Shown here piece after piece: positions 55,922 through 64,000 of a DNA stretch of 64,000 nt. This DNA comes from a virus. Taxonomy: Duplodnaviria > Heunggongvirae > Uroviricota > Caudoviricetes. Position numbers and translations under genes: made by a program. The DNA lies in IMG/VR virus record IMGVR_UViG_3300027156_000002; one strand, written 5' to 3'. Numbering within the stretch: the first letter of the stretch is position 1; every line of letters starts with the position of its first letter. The notes beneath the pieces were generated by a model, which saw only the letters and a list, made by a program, of their open reading frames with translations, made no database searches and was not told the DNA's origin.

Positions 55922-58145
55922 ATGCAACATAGCCAATAAAGTTATTCAGAAGGACTCGGCTAGTCTTCTTGACATTCAAAAACTTACCAAAGTTTCTTGC
56001 GATCGCCTTTGCATTCGCATCTGCTTTCACATCCAACTCACCCTCTTGAATTCTTGTAGAAGATTGGGGAATCAGGAACAAGTCATCACGACCAGTATTC
56101 TTGATTGATGCAAATCCTTTGACACGGAAATCTTTTCTCCATTCTTCGATTAACATAGCATCGCTACCTCTATACTCGGGTAGATTTGCTTGCATTGCAC
56201 CACGCAAGTCACGACGATGATTCTGACAGATATGAAAGCCCAGTACTGAAATGTTGTAACGATCTTTCATCATTTGCAGAATAGTTTTCGATTGATGGTT
56301 ACCATACTTATTAAACTCATAAGTCTTTTGAGTAATTTCATCACGGATATAATGTTTCTGTTTGATACGTTTGTATTCAGCACCAACAATTTCAGTTCGC
56401 ACATCATCCAAACCACGATGATATCCAACAGGAGCCAAAGAATGACCTTCGCCATCGGTAAGAGTAATGAACGTCATCTTCTCGATATTGTTGTTTTTAA
56501 CAAACGAACCAACGTTATTGTAGCACCATACCAATGCTTCGTTAAGTGGAGTGCCACTGGTTTCATATCCTTTGTTCCACTGAAATTTCCAATGCAACAA
56601 ACGACGTGCCATTGAATTGAATTCGCTGGTAGTCATTTTGTTACTGAACAATTCAAGAAGATTGAAACAATTATTGGCAGCACCGATTAATTTTTCGGTT
56701 TCAGCTTTAGCACGTTTCGCTGTTTCAAATTCACGCTCATATGTATATCGTTGTGAACGTGCTTCGTCAGAAGTACAAGCATTCTCACGAACGTAATCAT
56801 AGTACGCAGATGTAAAAGCATAAACACGATAAGGAATCTGAACACGATTGCAGAACATAGCCAAATTAACAACCTGCTTAATTGTATCTTGCAAAACTTC
56901 ATTCATAGAACCAGACCAGTCAACCAGCATAATCATACCATGGTTTTTACCCTCTGGTATAGTGGTCACACGTTTAAAGATATCGTCTTTGAGTTTGTAT
57001 GCATAAACTTTCTTCATATCCAATGAACCGATCTTGGATACTTGAGCACGTTTATACATAGTTGCACTCTTGCGCATCTCGAATTCTTTGACCAAATAGT
57101 TTACTGCACGACTGGAGTCAATCTTAAATTGTTCGAAGTCTTTCTTCTCGGCAAGTTCTTTCTTTGTCAAATAATCTGGCTCAGCATAACGTGTGTATCT
57201 TTCTGCACGACCATCTGTATCATCTAGCCACTGCTCTGGAGATTTTGTTTCAGAAAGAATCTTTTTAAATGGAACAACAACTTCATCCATATAATCAGTA
57301 TCAAACTTCCAGTAGTTATACTCAGTGGTATCGTCAGCGAGATCGCTTAGTTTACTGGAAAAAATACGTTCAGTTTTAGACTCAAGATCTTCATCATCAT
57401 TATTGTTTGCTTGTTCGTCAGTTTCTTTGGACTTTGTGCTCTTGACAGTTTTTTCAATCTCTTCCATATCGTCAAGTTCTTCTTCGTCAAAGTCTTCGTC
57501 ATAATCGATGTCAAAGTCAGATTCAATCGGATCTTCTTCGTCTTCATCGTTTGATTGCAAACCCAATTCCTGCATTTGTTTCTTGCGCTCTTCCAGTTGT
57601 TTTCTGGAGAATGCGTATACATCATTGGCTAGTGTGATAACATCGTCAATAGTTTCGGTGCGTTCAGCACGTTCAACAAAAATCTTTTCTTCAGATGTAA
57701 ATTTTACACCACAAAATACACCTGCTTTAAAGTAGAGATTAATTTTGTCGATAAGGTTCAATTCAGCGAATGATTGAATCTGACCAACACCAAAAAAGTC
57801 ACGATCGTTGAGTTGTTTGTAGCCATCACTCATACGCTTACGTAGACCTGGATATTTACGTTTGATTAGTTTCTCGATACGCACGTCTTCGATGACGTTT
57901 AGATAACTACGAATCTTTGGGTTATCTTCGATCGGTTTCATATATGCGTCAGTCGTGTATAGCGCATGACCAACTTCATGACCGATCAACATATCTTCAA
58001 TTTCGGGGGACATTTCTTTCCACATAGGAAGAGTCAATACACGACTCTTAATATCGAAAGATGCAGTGCGAGTTCTTGCACGAACAACAGAAAGATTTTC
58101 TGTAGCAAGAAGTCTTGCGGATAGATCAGATGCTTTCATTTCCAT
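55920..58145 (-). CDS. von Willebrand factor A (MIDAS) protein with N-terminal HExxH motif (CobT-like partner of the MoxR ATPase)
   Basis: 741 aa. HEVGH near the N-terminus. An acidic low-complexity middle region. vWA motif LVDWSGSM. Confidence 0.6.
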   Translation of the reverse strand: MEMKASDLSARLLATENLSVVRARTRTASFDIKSRVLTLPMWKEMSPEIEDMLIGHEVGHALYTTDAYMKPIEDNPKIRSYLNVIEDVRIEKLIKRKYPGLRKRMSDGYKQLNDRDFFGVGQIQSFAELNLIDKINLYFKAGVFCGVKFTSEEKIFVERAERTETIDDVITLANDVYAFSRKQLEERKKQMQELGLQSNDEDEEDPIESDFDIDYDEDFDEEELDDMEEIEKTVKSTKSKETDEQANNNDDEDLESKTERIFSSKLSDLADDTTEYNYWKFDTDYMDEVVVPFKKILSETKSPEQWLDDTDGRAERYTRYAEPDYLTKKELAEKKDFEQFKIDSSRAVNYLVKEFEMRKSATMYKRAQVSKIGSLDMKKVYAYKLKDDIFKRVTTIPEGKNHGMIMLVDWSGSMNEVLQDTIKQVVNLAMFCNRVQIPYRVYAFTSAYYDYVRENACTSDEARSQRYTYEREFETAKRAKAETEKLIGAANNCFNLLELFSNKMTTSEFNSMARRLLHWKFQWNKGYETSGTPLNEALVWCYNNVGSFVKNNNIEKMTFITLTDGEGHSLAPVGYHRGLDDVRTEIVGAEYKRIKQKHYIRDEITQKTYEFNKYGNHQSKTILQMMKDRYNISVLGFHICQNHRRDLRGAMQANLPEYRGSDAMLIEEWRKDFRVKGFASIKNTGRDDLFLIPQSSTRIQEGELDVKADANAKAIARNFGKFLNVKKTSRVLLNNFIGYVA

Positions 58146-58151
58146 AATATA

Positions 58152-58325
58152 TTATTCTCCAAATGCCATATCAAATTCAAACTCAGTCAATGCTTGCTCA
58201 ACCACATCACGATTTGCCAACTTTATCGGTAGGATGTGTTCAAACTCACACACATTACCAATATCATACTTGTGGCAAAGACTTGCCAATTCAAAGTCAT
58301 CAAAACTACTCCACTGGTTTTGCAT
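58152..58325 (-). CDS. hypothetical small protein
   Basis: GGAGA SD before the 2nd ATG (MQNQW...). Confidence 0.35.
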   Translation of the reverse strand: MQNQWSSFDDFELASLCHKYDIGNVCEFEHILPIKLANRDVVEQALTEFEFDMAFGE

Positions 58326-58346
58326 AATTTTCTCCATTCTATAGTA

Positions 58347-58435
58347 GAATTATGCCCGAGTTTTGATTATTTGTAAAGCACTATCGTAAGTCGTTGATTT
58401 TATTGGAAAAAATAACCCTACAGAACGTAGGGTTT
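58347..58435 (-). promoter_or_regulatory. PeSL-like cassette 6: promoter (-35 rc 58372-58377 TTTACA, -10 rc 58349-58354 CATAAT) plus stem-loop 58413-58433
   Basis: Read directly. One mismatch in the -10. Confidence 0.6.
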
Positions 58436-60147
58436 TAGGCTATAACGCTGAAGTCGTTACGTTTCTCAAACTTAATGACAGACCTAAACTTCTCAAAGAG
58501 CTGGTCTCCTTTGTGAGAGATAACAAAGATATTTGACTTTTCACCAAACTGGTTCATCAGGTTAAGGAAATAATCAGTTCCAGCTGTGTCTAATGAAGAA
58601 TCAAAAATCTCGTCAAGCAACAATAGGTTTGTATTGACTGAGTTCTTCATTTTTGCAATTTGTCGCCAAGTGAAAAGTATTGCAAGGTCAATCCTCATTT
58701 TTTCACCTTCCGAAAAACTTGCGTAAGTAAAGTCATCACGATAACGTGATTTAATAACTTCGTTAAATGCTTCGTCAAGTTCAAAGTGAATGTAAGTATC
58801 CATCGCATTTAGATACTTGTTGATCAACTTATTCATGGCAGGTAGATACTCACGAATAATCGCTGTCTTGATACCAGTGTCCTTCAATAAAGCAGAAGCA
58901 ACTTCTTCAATGTTACGCTGTTCTTGTAAAGATGTTTTAGTATTAATCTTAACAATGGCTTCAGTGGCAAGTTCTTTTAACTTGGCTTTCTCTTCATCGA
59001 TGTTAGTTGTGTCAGATTTAGACCCCTCAATCTCAGCTTGGAGTTCACCGATTTGTTTGTTGAGTAGGGTGATCGTACTGTTTCTTGTAGATAACTCAAT
59101 GTTCTTATCGGTAATCGCTTCTGCCACTTCATTAATCTTTTTGAGTTTTTCATTAAGTCCAGAGAGGATCGTGTCGAGTTCATCAATCTTTGAGTTGTTG
59201 TCCATGAGTTTCGCATTAAGATCTTTGACAATGGTCTCTTTGTATTCTTCAGCGATATCTTGGTTACACGACGGACATACATCATGTTCATTAAAAAACT
59301 CTGTATGGTGTTCGCAAGTTTCGACTTTCTGGAGCAACTTGGATTTAATTGATTTTGCTTTTTCAAACTCTTGGTTGATTGTTTCCTTCTCAGAGATCTT
59401 CCCTTTAAGTGTTGATATTTCTCCGAGAATGACATCAATCTCCGACTGGATTCTGCTAATTTCTCCAGAATGGGATTCGACTTTGGCTTGGAAATTTTTA
59501 ATCGTTTCTGTCTTCGCATCGCTAATAGTTTTAATAATACTCGTTTGGCTTTCAACTTTCGTCTTAGCGTTAGCAATCTCCGATTCAATCTTTGCGATCG
59601 CATCTTTAGTCTCCTGTGCTTTTTCTTTTAATAATGTATTCATGGTAGAGAAAATGCGAATGTCAAGAATGTCTTCGATAACTTCTCTACGTTGTCCCGA
59701 TGGTAGTTGCATGAATGGAACAAAAGAAGCACTACCAAGAATAACTACTTGTGTAAAAGTTTTATAATTTAATTTAAGGATTTGCTGTTCGAGACTTTTT
59801 TGATAATCACGTGAAGCAGCATCCTGATTAATCAAAGTTCCATTCTGCCAGATCTCAAAGATGTTTGGTTTGATACCACGAACAACTTTATATTCAGCTG
59901 GACCAATATTAAACTCGATAGTAACTAAACAGTTCTTACCATTGATGCTGTTAATCAACTGATTCTTATTGATGTTACGAAATGGTTTGCCAAACAACGA
60001 AAAGCACAATGCATCTAAGATTGTGCTTTTTCCTTCACCATTCTTACCAATGATTAAAGTAGTTGGTGATTTATTCAATAATACTTTGTTTGCTGCGTTA
60101 CCTGTTGAAAGAAAGTTCTTCCACTCTACACTTTTAAATACAATCAT
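58435..60147 (-). CDS. 46: recombination endonuclease subunit (SbcC/Rad50-like, T4 gp46)
   Basis: 570 aa. Walker A GKNGEGKST, a long coiled coil with a CPSC zinc hook, and a C-terminal signature/D-loop. Confidence 0.85.
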   Translation of the reverse strand: MIVFKSVEWKNFLSTGNAANKVLLNKSPTTLIIGKNGEGKSTILDALCFSLFGKPFRNINKNQLINSINGKNCLVTIEFNIGPAEYKVVRGIKPNIFEIWQNGTLINQDAASRDYQKSLEQQILKLNYKTFTQVVILGSASFVPFMQLPSGQRREVIEDILDIRIFSTMNTLLKEKAQETKDAIAKIESEIANAKTKVESQTSIIKTISDAKTETIKNFQAKVESHSGEISRIQSEIDVILGEISTLKGKISEKETINQEFEKAKSIKSKLLQKVETCEHHTEFFNEHDVCPSCNQDIAEEYKETIVKDLNAKLMDNNSKIDELDTILSGLNEKLKKINEVAEAITDKNIELSTRNSTITLLNKQIGELQAEIEGSKSDTTNIDEEKAKLKELATEAIVKINTKTSLQEQRNIEEVASALLKDTGIKTAIIREYLPAMNKLINKYLNAMDTYIHFELDEAFNEVIKSRYRDDFTYASFSEGEKMRIDLAILFTWRQIAKMKNSVNTNLLLLDEIFDSSLDTAGTDYFLNLMNQFGEKSNIFVISHKGDQLFEKFRSVIKFEKRNDFSVIA

Positions 60148-60452
60148 TCACTCTTCCATTTCATACCCATAGACTTATAAATGAATCTCATTATGAAGTT
60201 GGGTTTCTTTTTAGAAATAACAGTAATTGGCATAGCATCTACATTAATAGTAAAAGATGGCGAGCCAAGATTATTTGAGATAGTGGTCCAACCTACAGTA
60301 CCACCATTACCAATAGACAAACATAATCCAGAACCAGAAATAACGGATCCAACATTTTTGCTAGCAGCATATTCAACACATGGTGTAAAATCTAAATCAA
60401 GTGGAATCTGTTCTGTTAATGGAAAGAAATACTGGATCTCAAGTTGTTGCAT
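60144..60452 (-). CDS. hypothetical protein between 46 and 47
   Basis: 102 aa. Confidence 0.4.
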   Translation of the reverse strand: MQQLEIQYFFPLTEQIPLDLDFTPCVEYAASKNVGSVISGSGLCLSIGNGGTVGWTTISNNLGSPSFTINVDAMPITVISKKKPNFIMRFIYKSMGMKWKSE

Positions 60453-61507
60453 TAGACCACCTCTACGTTAATGGCTTCCGTATATAATGTTTTCATAAAT
60501 GTTTTAACATGCTCTTTATCAACGTCAGTTTCAACGCTGTCAATATAATTAGATAAAACACTTAGCGTATCTTCAAGATTGATATCTTCACCAACCTCTC
60601 CGTCTTCAAACTCAGACATGTCCTCAATAATTTTAATTTCATGACATCCTTTATTATACAGCTTTTGAATAAATTTGTCAAATTTATAAAAGTCAGTTTT
60701 ATTTACAACAACTAACTTAACAAACTTATCGGCTAGATCGAGAGAGTCGAGGTCGATGGGGTCGGATCCTTTGTCGGAATACTCAACTCTGGTGAACATT
60801 GTATAAGGATTTGGGATAAACTCGAGTTCTCGATTATCAAGGCAGAACAAATGGAACCCTCTTGGATCATTATAATCTTGCCAAGTAAGTTCATAGGGAT
60901 TACCGAGGTAATGAATGTGACCATTGCCACTGCGGTGATGATAATGCCCACTAAACACGAGGTCAAACTTATCAAACAAACTTGCTTCCAATCCTTCATG
61001 AGATTGCATACCTTTATACATAGCAAAGCCAGCAATTTCAAAATGCCCCATACAGAGGTCTGCTTGCGTTTGCTTTAATTGATCGAGTGACTCTTGATAG
61101 TTATCTGGACAAATCCATGGCATCATACATATCGGGATACCACCAACAAAGATTGTTTGCGGATCATCAATAACTTCGATGTTGGAGTATTCACGCAAAA
61201 GTAAATCTGGTGAATTGACTTCATTGGTATTTTTATAGTATGTGTCGTGATTACCTGCTAACATATAAACTCTTATACCACGTTCTTGTAATTTATCAAA
61301 GAACATTTCCTTTGCTCTTTGTAGAGCATAGAAGTTTACATATTTGCGTCTATCAAATGTATCACCAAGAATAAGAACAGTGTCAATACCAGATGAATCA
61401 ATAGTAGGAAAGAAAGTATTGTCATAGAATTTTTGAAAGAAGTCTAGGAAAGCAATACTGTCATTACGAGCACCAAAGTGTTGGTCAGTAATAATTGCTA
61501 CTCGCAT
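60452..61507 (-). CDS. 47: recombination nuclease subunit (SbcD/Mre11-like, T4 gp47)
   Basis: 351 aa. Calcineurin-like phosphoesterase motifs D.H, GDTFD, GNHD and GHYH. Confidence 0.85.
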   Translation of the reverse strand: MRVAIITDQHFGARNDSIAFLDFFQKFYDNTFFPTIDSSGIDTVLILGDTFDRRKYVNFYALQRAKEMFFDKLQERGIRVYMLAGNHDTYYKNTNEVNSPDLLLREYSNIEVIDDPQTIFVGGIPICMMPWICPDNYQESLDQLKQTQADLCMGHFEIAGFAMYKGMQSHEGLEASLFDKFDLVFSGHYHHRSGNGHIHYLGNPYELTWQDYNDPRGFHLFCLDNRELEFIPNPYTMFTRVEYSDKGSDPIDLDSLDLADKFVKLVVVNKTDFYKFDKFIQKLYNKGCHEIKIIEDMSEFEDGEVGEDINLEDTLSVLSNYIDSVETDVDKEHVKTFMKTLYTEAINVEVV

Positions 61508-61643
61508 TTTTCTCCATTCGCATTAATTTGCATAGTAGCAATATATTTTTCATGTTCAACCACAAAAGAAAGCATCTGTTCAAATGTTTCAAATGTGTTT
61601 TGAATTTCTTCACCACTATCTAAAGTTAATTTGACTTCATACA

Positions 61644-62849
61644 TCAGACAAACCCTACCTTTCTTTCAGGTGTTTTATGTTGTTGTTCATTAAATACTTC
61701 AGCGATAGAATACTTATTAGTTTCTTTACCACGTGGACGTGCAGGAAGGTTTACTCCAAGTCGTTTGGCAAGTTTGTTAGCATGCTCAACATTCAATTCA
61801 TCGAATGTAAGAATATCGAAGCAACGTCCTGGACGAATCAATGCAGAGTCGATATCACGGATGCTTGGTAGGTTAGTGGAGAAAATCATCTTCTTACCTT
61901 TAGTGGTTACGAGACCATCACCTACGTTAAGAAAACGATGCATCATTGTATTACCATCACTACGTGACTTTAGGAATGCGTCGCTATCTTCAAGTACCAT
62001 CACTTCAGTATCATCCTCAATAAAACGAGCAAAGAAACCATCTTTCTCGAGGATACCTGCATCATACGTTACGATTGCAGATGCGTTACGATAAGCCAAT
62101 AAGCCACGGATAAATGTAGTCTTACCAGTTCCTGGGGGACCAATCAACAATAAGATGTTCGCAGAAGATTCCATGTAACGATCATAGTAGTCACCAAGAG
62201 TTTCATCTCCAAGGAATGGATACATTTCTTCAACAGGAAGACGATCACGATTCAAAGGTACATTGACTGAGTTACCATCACTACCATAGATCCACTCAAC
62301 ATAAGATGTAACAACATCAAAATTTGTTGCTACCTCAGCAATGATACAATCTGCGAATTCAGCGTCACCGTATGCACGAACAGTAGTTGAGTTGGAGTTT
62401 ACATCAAACTTGATAAAGTTTTCAGTTTCTTCTGCGATAATAAACCCAGAAGAAGAATTGCTTTGAACATAAAGCATATCGCTATAATGTTCTTCTGCCC
62501 AATTAGCCCAGCGTTCACGATTACATAGAACAGTAGTCTCTCTTTGAACAGTCGTCTCACCAGCTTCGATGCGACGTTTCATAATTTCTGATACGATTAG
62601 GTCTTCAACATCTGAAACACCTAAGAAAATTTTGTTGTCACTATTACTCATAATTTCTTTCAAATTAAATTGATTATCTGTCGCATCCCAAATGTGACCA
62701 CGCAATAATCTATCTTTGCGTTTTCTTGCTCTAACTTTTGAACGACCTTTTCTGACTAGTGCTGGAGCTGGTCTAAACTCAACGTTACCATCACCCAACT
62801 GACGGATCAAATCTCTAATACTTCTGTGCGCTGTCATCTTCATTATCAC
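61644..62849 (-). CDS. classic-clade AAA ATPase with basic N-terminal region
   Basis: 401 aa. Walker A GPPGTGKTT, Walker B VLEDSD and SRH ...IRPGRCFD. N-terminus RKGRSKVRARKRKDR. Confidence 0.6.
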   Translation of the reverse strand: MIMKMTAHRSIRDLIRQLGDGNVEFRPAPALVRKGRSKVRARKRKDRLLRGHIWDATDNQFNLKEIMSNSDNKIFLGVSDVEDLIVSEIMKRRIEAGETTVQRETTVLCNRERWANWAEEHYSDMLYVQSNSSSGFIIAEETENFIKFDVNSNSTTVRAYGDAEFADCIIAEVATNFDVVTSYVEWIYGSDGNSVNVPLNRDRLPVEEMYPFLGDETLGDYYDRYMESSANILLLIGPPGTGKTTFIRGLLAYRNASAIVTYDAGILEKDGFFARFIEDDTEVMVLEDSDAFLKSRSDGNTMMHRFLNVGDGLVTTKGKKMIFSTNLPSIRDIDSALIRPGRCFDILTFDELNVEHANKLAKRLGVNLPARPRGKETNKYSIAEVFNEQQHKTPERKVGFV

Positions 62850-63369
62850 CTATAAAATCATCAAGTGTTTGTTTCTTCTTTTTATTTTTTTCTTTTTTCT
62901 TTGTTATAAACGAATCATCGAAGTTGCTATTACTTTGCATAAAATCAAGATATGCATTATGATAATGTCCGTCTTCATCTTGCTCTTGTAATTCAAATGC
63001 ATCAAAAGCCATATCTTGAATCAATTTATTTTTGATATACGAATGTTTCTTCTCCTTCCCTATGCGACGTAGGAAAGCGAAGTAAATAATTTGTGTGAAA
63101 TATGCGAACGGATTGCTCGACTTCTCTGGATCAAAATTATCAAAGTAATTGATACAATTCTCAATACCATCGAGAATCATATCATCTTTGTAAGTATAAT
63201 TAATAAAGTTTGGTTTATATGATAAATGCGTTGCAATTTTAAGAATGCACTCACCAAGATATTTTGGGATAATCGGTTTCGGTAAACCCTTCTCCTCAGC
63301 TTCCTTCACACTTTTCTTATATTCTTTGATTGCTGCTAAGAAGTCAGCATTGTTTATGTAGTTTGCCAC
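62815..63369 (-). CDS. 55: late-transcription sigma factor (T4 gp55)
   Basis: 184 aa. NPFAYFTQIIYFAFLRRIGKEKK resembles T4 gp55 [23 protein letters not shown]. Start codon is GTG. Confidence 0.8.
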   Translation of the reverse strand: MANYINNADFLAAIKEYKKSVKEAEEKGLPKPIIPKYLGECILKIATHLSYKPNFINYTYKDDMILDGIENCINYFDNFDPEKSSNPFAYFTQIIYFAFLRRIGKEKKHSYIKNKLIQDMAFDAFELQEQDEDGHYHNAYLDFMQSNSNFDDSFITKKKEKNKKKKQTLDDFIGDNEDDSAQKY

Positions 63370-63383
63370 AAGTCAAAATCTCC

Positions 63384-63490
63384 AGTTATTTTCATTCAAT
63401 AATATAAAGTATACTACAATTTGTCATAAATGTAAAGTTTTATTTCATTGCAATTTCTGCAATATAAAAATTATTTTACATTTATTTTGA
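63384..63490 (-). promoter_or_regulatory. two tandem sigma70-like promoters upstream of gene 55 (TTTACA-17-TATACT and TTTACA-17-TAAAAT)
   Basis: Read on the minus strand of the 63370-63530 intergenic region. Confidence 0.4.
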
Positions 63491-63529
63491 AAACATGTAA
63501 ACTTTCGGTGTGGGGTTTGAAAGAAAGGA

Positions 63530-63997
63530 TCAATGGATTGTATCGTTACCTTCAATAAAGGTTCTCGCTTCTTCCTCTTCCTTCTCAGCAATAGCTTCTA
63601 GTAGTTTGATTCTTTTCTGAATTTCTTCATTACTAAGCTGCTCTACTTCTTCGTCTTCCCAATGCAGTTTTCTTACACTTCCGTCTTGCTTTTGTTTGAT
63701 TGGAACGTGCTCTTCTGCTTCAGATGCTAATCTTATATAATGTGGAATTAACATACTGTGAAGATTTTTGACAAAAAGAATATTTCTTTTATTGAGAGTT
63801 AAATTTGAATCGTCTGCAAACTTGCACCATGGTGTTGCTGTTACGTGTTCAGAACCTTGCTCTGCTCCTAGTACTGGAAATAAACGTAGCAATAATGGTG
63901 TCGAGATTTGAATATTCTCATCAGTTTCTTTTTCGAGCACAGCCATAACTTGTTCACCAGAAACAAGTTTAATAATGATAAAATGCTCATTACCCAT
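63530..63997 (-). CDS. hypothetical protein
   Basis: 155 aa. Complete ORF ending near the window edge. Confidence 0.45.
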   Translation of the reverse strand: MGNEHFIIIKLVSGEQVMAVLEKETDENIQISTPLLLRLFPVLGAEQGSEHVTATPWCKFADDSNLTLNKRNILFVKNLHSMLIPHYIRLASEAEEHVPIKQKQDGSVRKLHWEDEEVEQLSNEEIQKRIKLLEAIAEKEEEEARTFIEGNDTIH

Positions 63998-64000
63998 TAG

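Noticed and set aside
2389-58433. Calling the PeSL hairpins canonical rho-independent terminators for the minus-strand genes
   Set aside because: The T/U-rich tract follows the hairpins on the plus strand, not the minus strand. They may terminate antisense transcripts or act bidirectionally. They are reported as stem-loops within the cassette rather than as confident terminators.
5724-59603. Nested or alternative-frame minus-strand ORFs inside larger genes
   Set aside because: These are 5724..5978, 7527..7748, 8539..8739, 13010..13246, 13339..13563, 15330..15521, 16514..16960, 17348..17767, 22175..22363, 22874..23314, 25765..26007, 28217..28465, 30144..30332, 33414..33656, 33825..34016, 34241..34501, 34739..34933, 36332..36613, 37369..37677, 40935..41138, 44765..45025, 46034..46219, 48788..48994, 56270..56902, 57347..57625 and 58977..59603.

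All are fully embedded in a longer ORF with recognisable homology or motifs, in another frame. They have no independent start signals and are treated as frame-shadow ORFs.
6220-63530. tRNA genes or a CRISPR array in the intergenic gaps (6220-6374, 6792-6984, 48275-48484, 53473-53615, 63370-63530)
   Set aside because: No cloverleaf-compatible segments with GTTC(G/A)A T-loop motifs and no direct-repeat/spacer periodicity were found by eye. This cannot be fully excluded without tRNAscan-SE/Infernal.

Overview
This window is a densely packed, almost entirely minus-strand block from a T4-like (Tevenvirinae-type) myovirus, organised as follows.

- **T4 replication/recombination core.** rnh, nrdB, nrdA, gene 61 primase, gene 41 helicase, a gene-40-position ORF, uvsX, gene 43 DNA polymerase, a dexA-like exonuclease, gene 30 ligase, regA, 62, 44, 45, 46, 47 and gene 55 late sigma factor.
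- **Marine/aquatic-phage style cargo.** thyX, a fatty-acid desaturase, a class IV aminotransferase, alpha/beta hydrolases, MazG, Hsp20, a MoxR/CobS-like AAA+ plus vWA/CobT-like pair, an SPFH lipoprotein, and two predicted 2OG-Fe(II)/cupin oxygenases.
- **Regulatory cassettes.** Six intergenic copies of a 'stem-loop + consensus sigma70 early promoter (TTTACA-17-TATAAT)' cassette, resembling PeSL elements of T4-type phages, punctuate the gene blocks.
- **Most unusual region, roughly 22.1-31.2 kb.** This is a run of paralogous, compositionally odd (His/Lys-rich) proteins. Five begin with a motif closely matching the T4 capsid-targeting sequence (MKTYQEFIAE followed by a gp21 L/I-x-E cleavage site), which marks them as packaged internal head proteins.
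  - Two of them carry HxGH-type nucleotidyltransferase N-domains.
  - One carries a KxDG ligase/capping-type motif.
  - Next to the five sits a Dps/ferritin-like protein and an 809-aa basic protein with EEVE repeats and an AT-hook.
  - Together this suggests a virion-delivered enzyme arsenal injected with the DNA.
- **Candidate modification module.** Immediately downstream, between the internal-protein block and gene 41, a P4H-type 2OG-Fe(II) dioxygenase, a T4 beta-glucosyltransferase-like protein, a HAD nucleotidase-like protein and an HExxH protein form a candidate DNA/protein modification module.

No rRNA, CRISPR or convincing tRNA was seen by eye.
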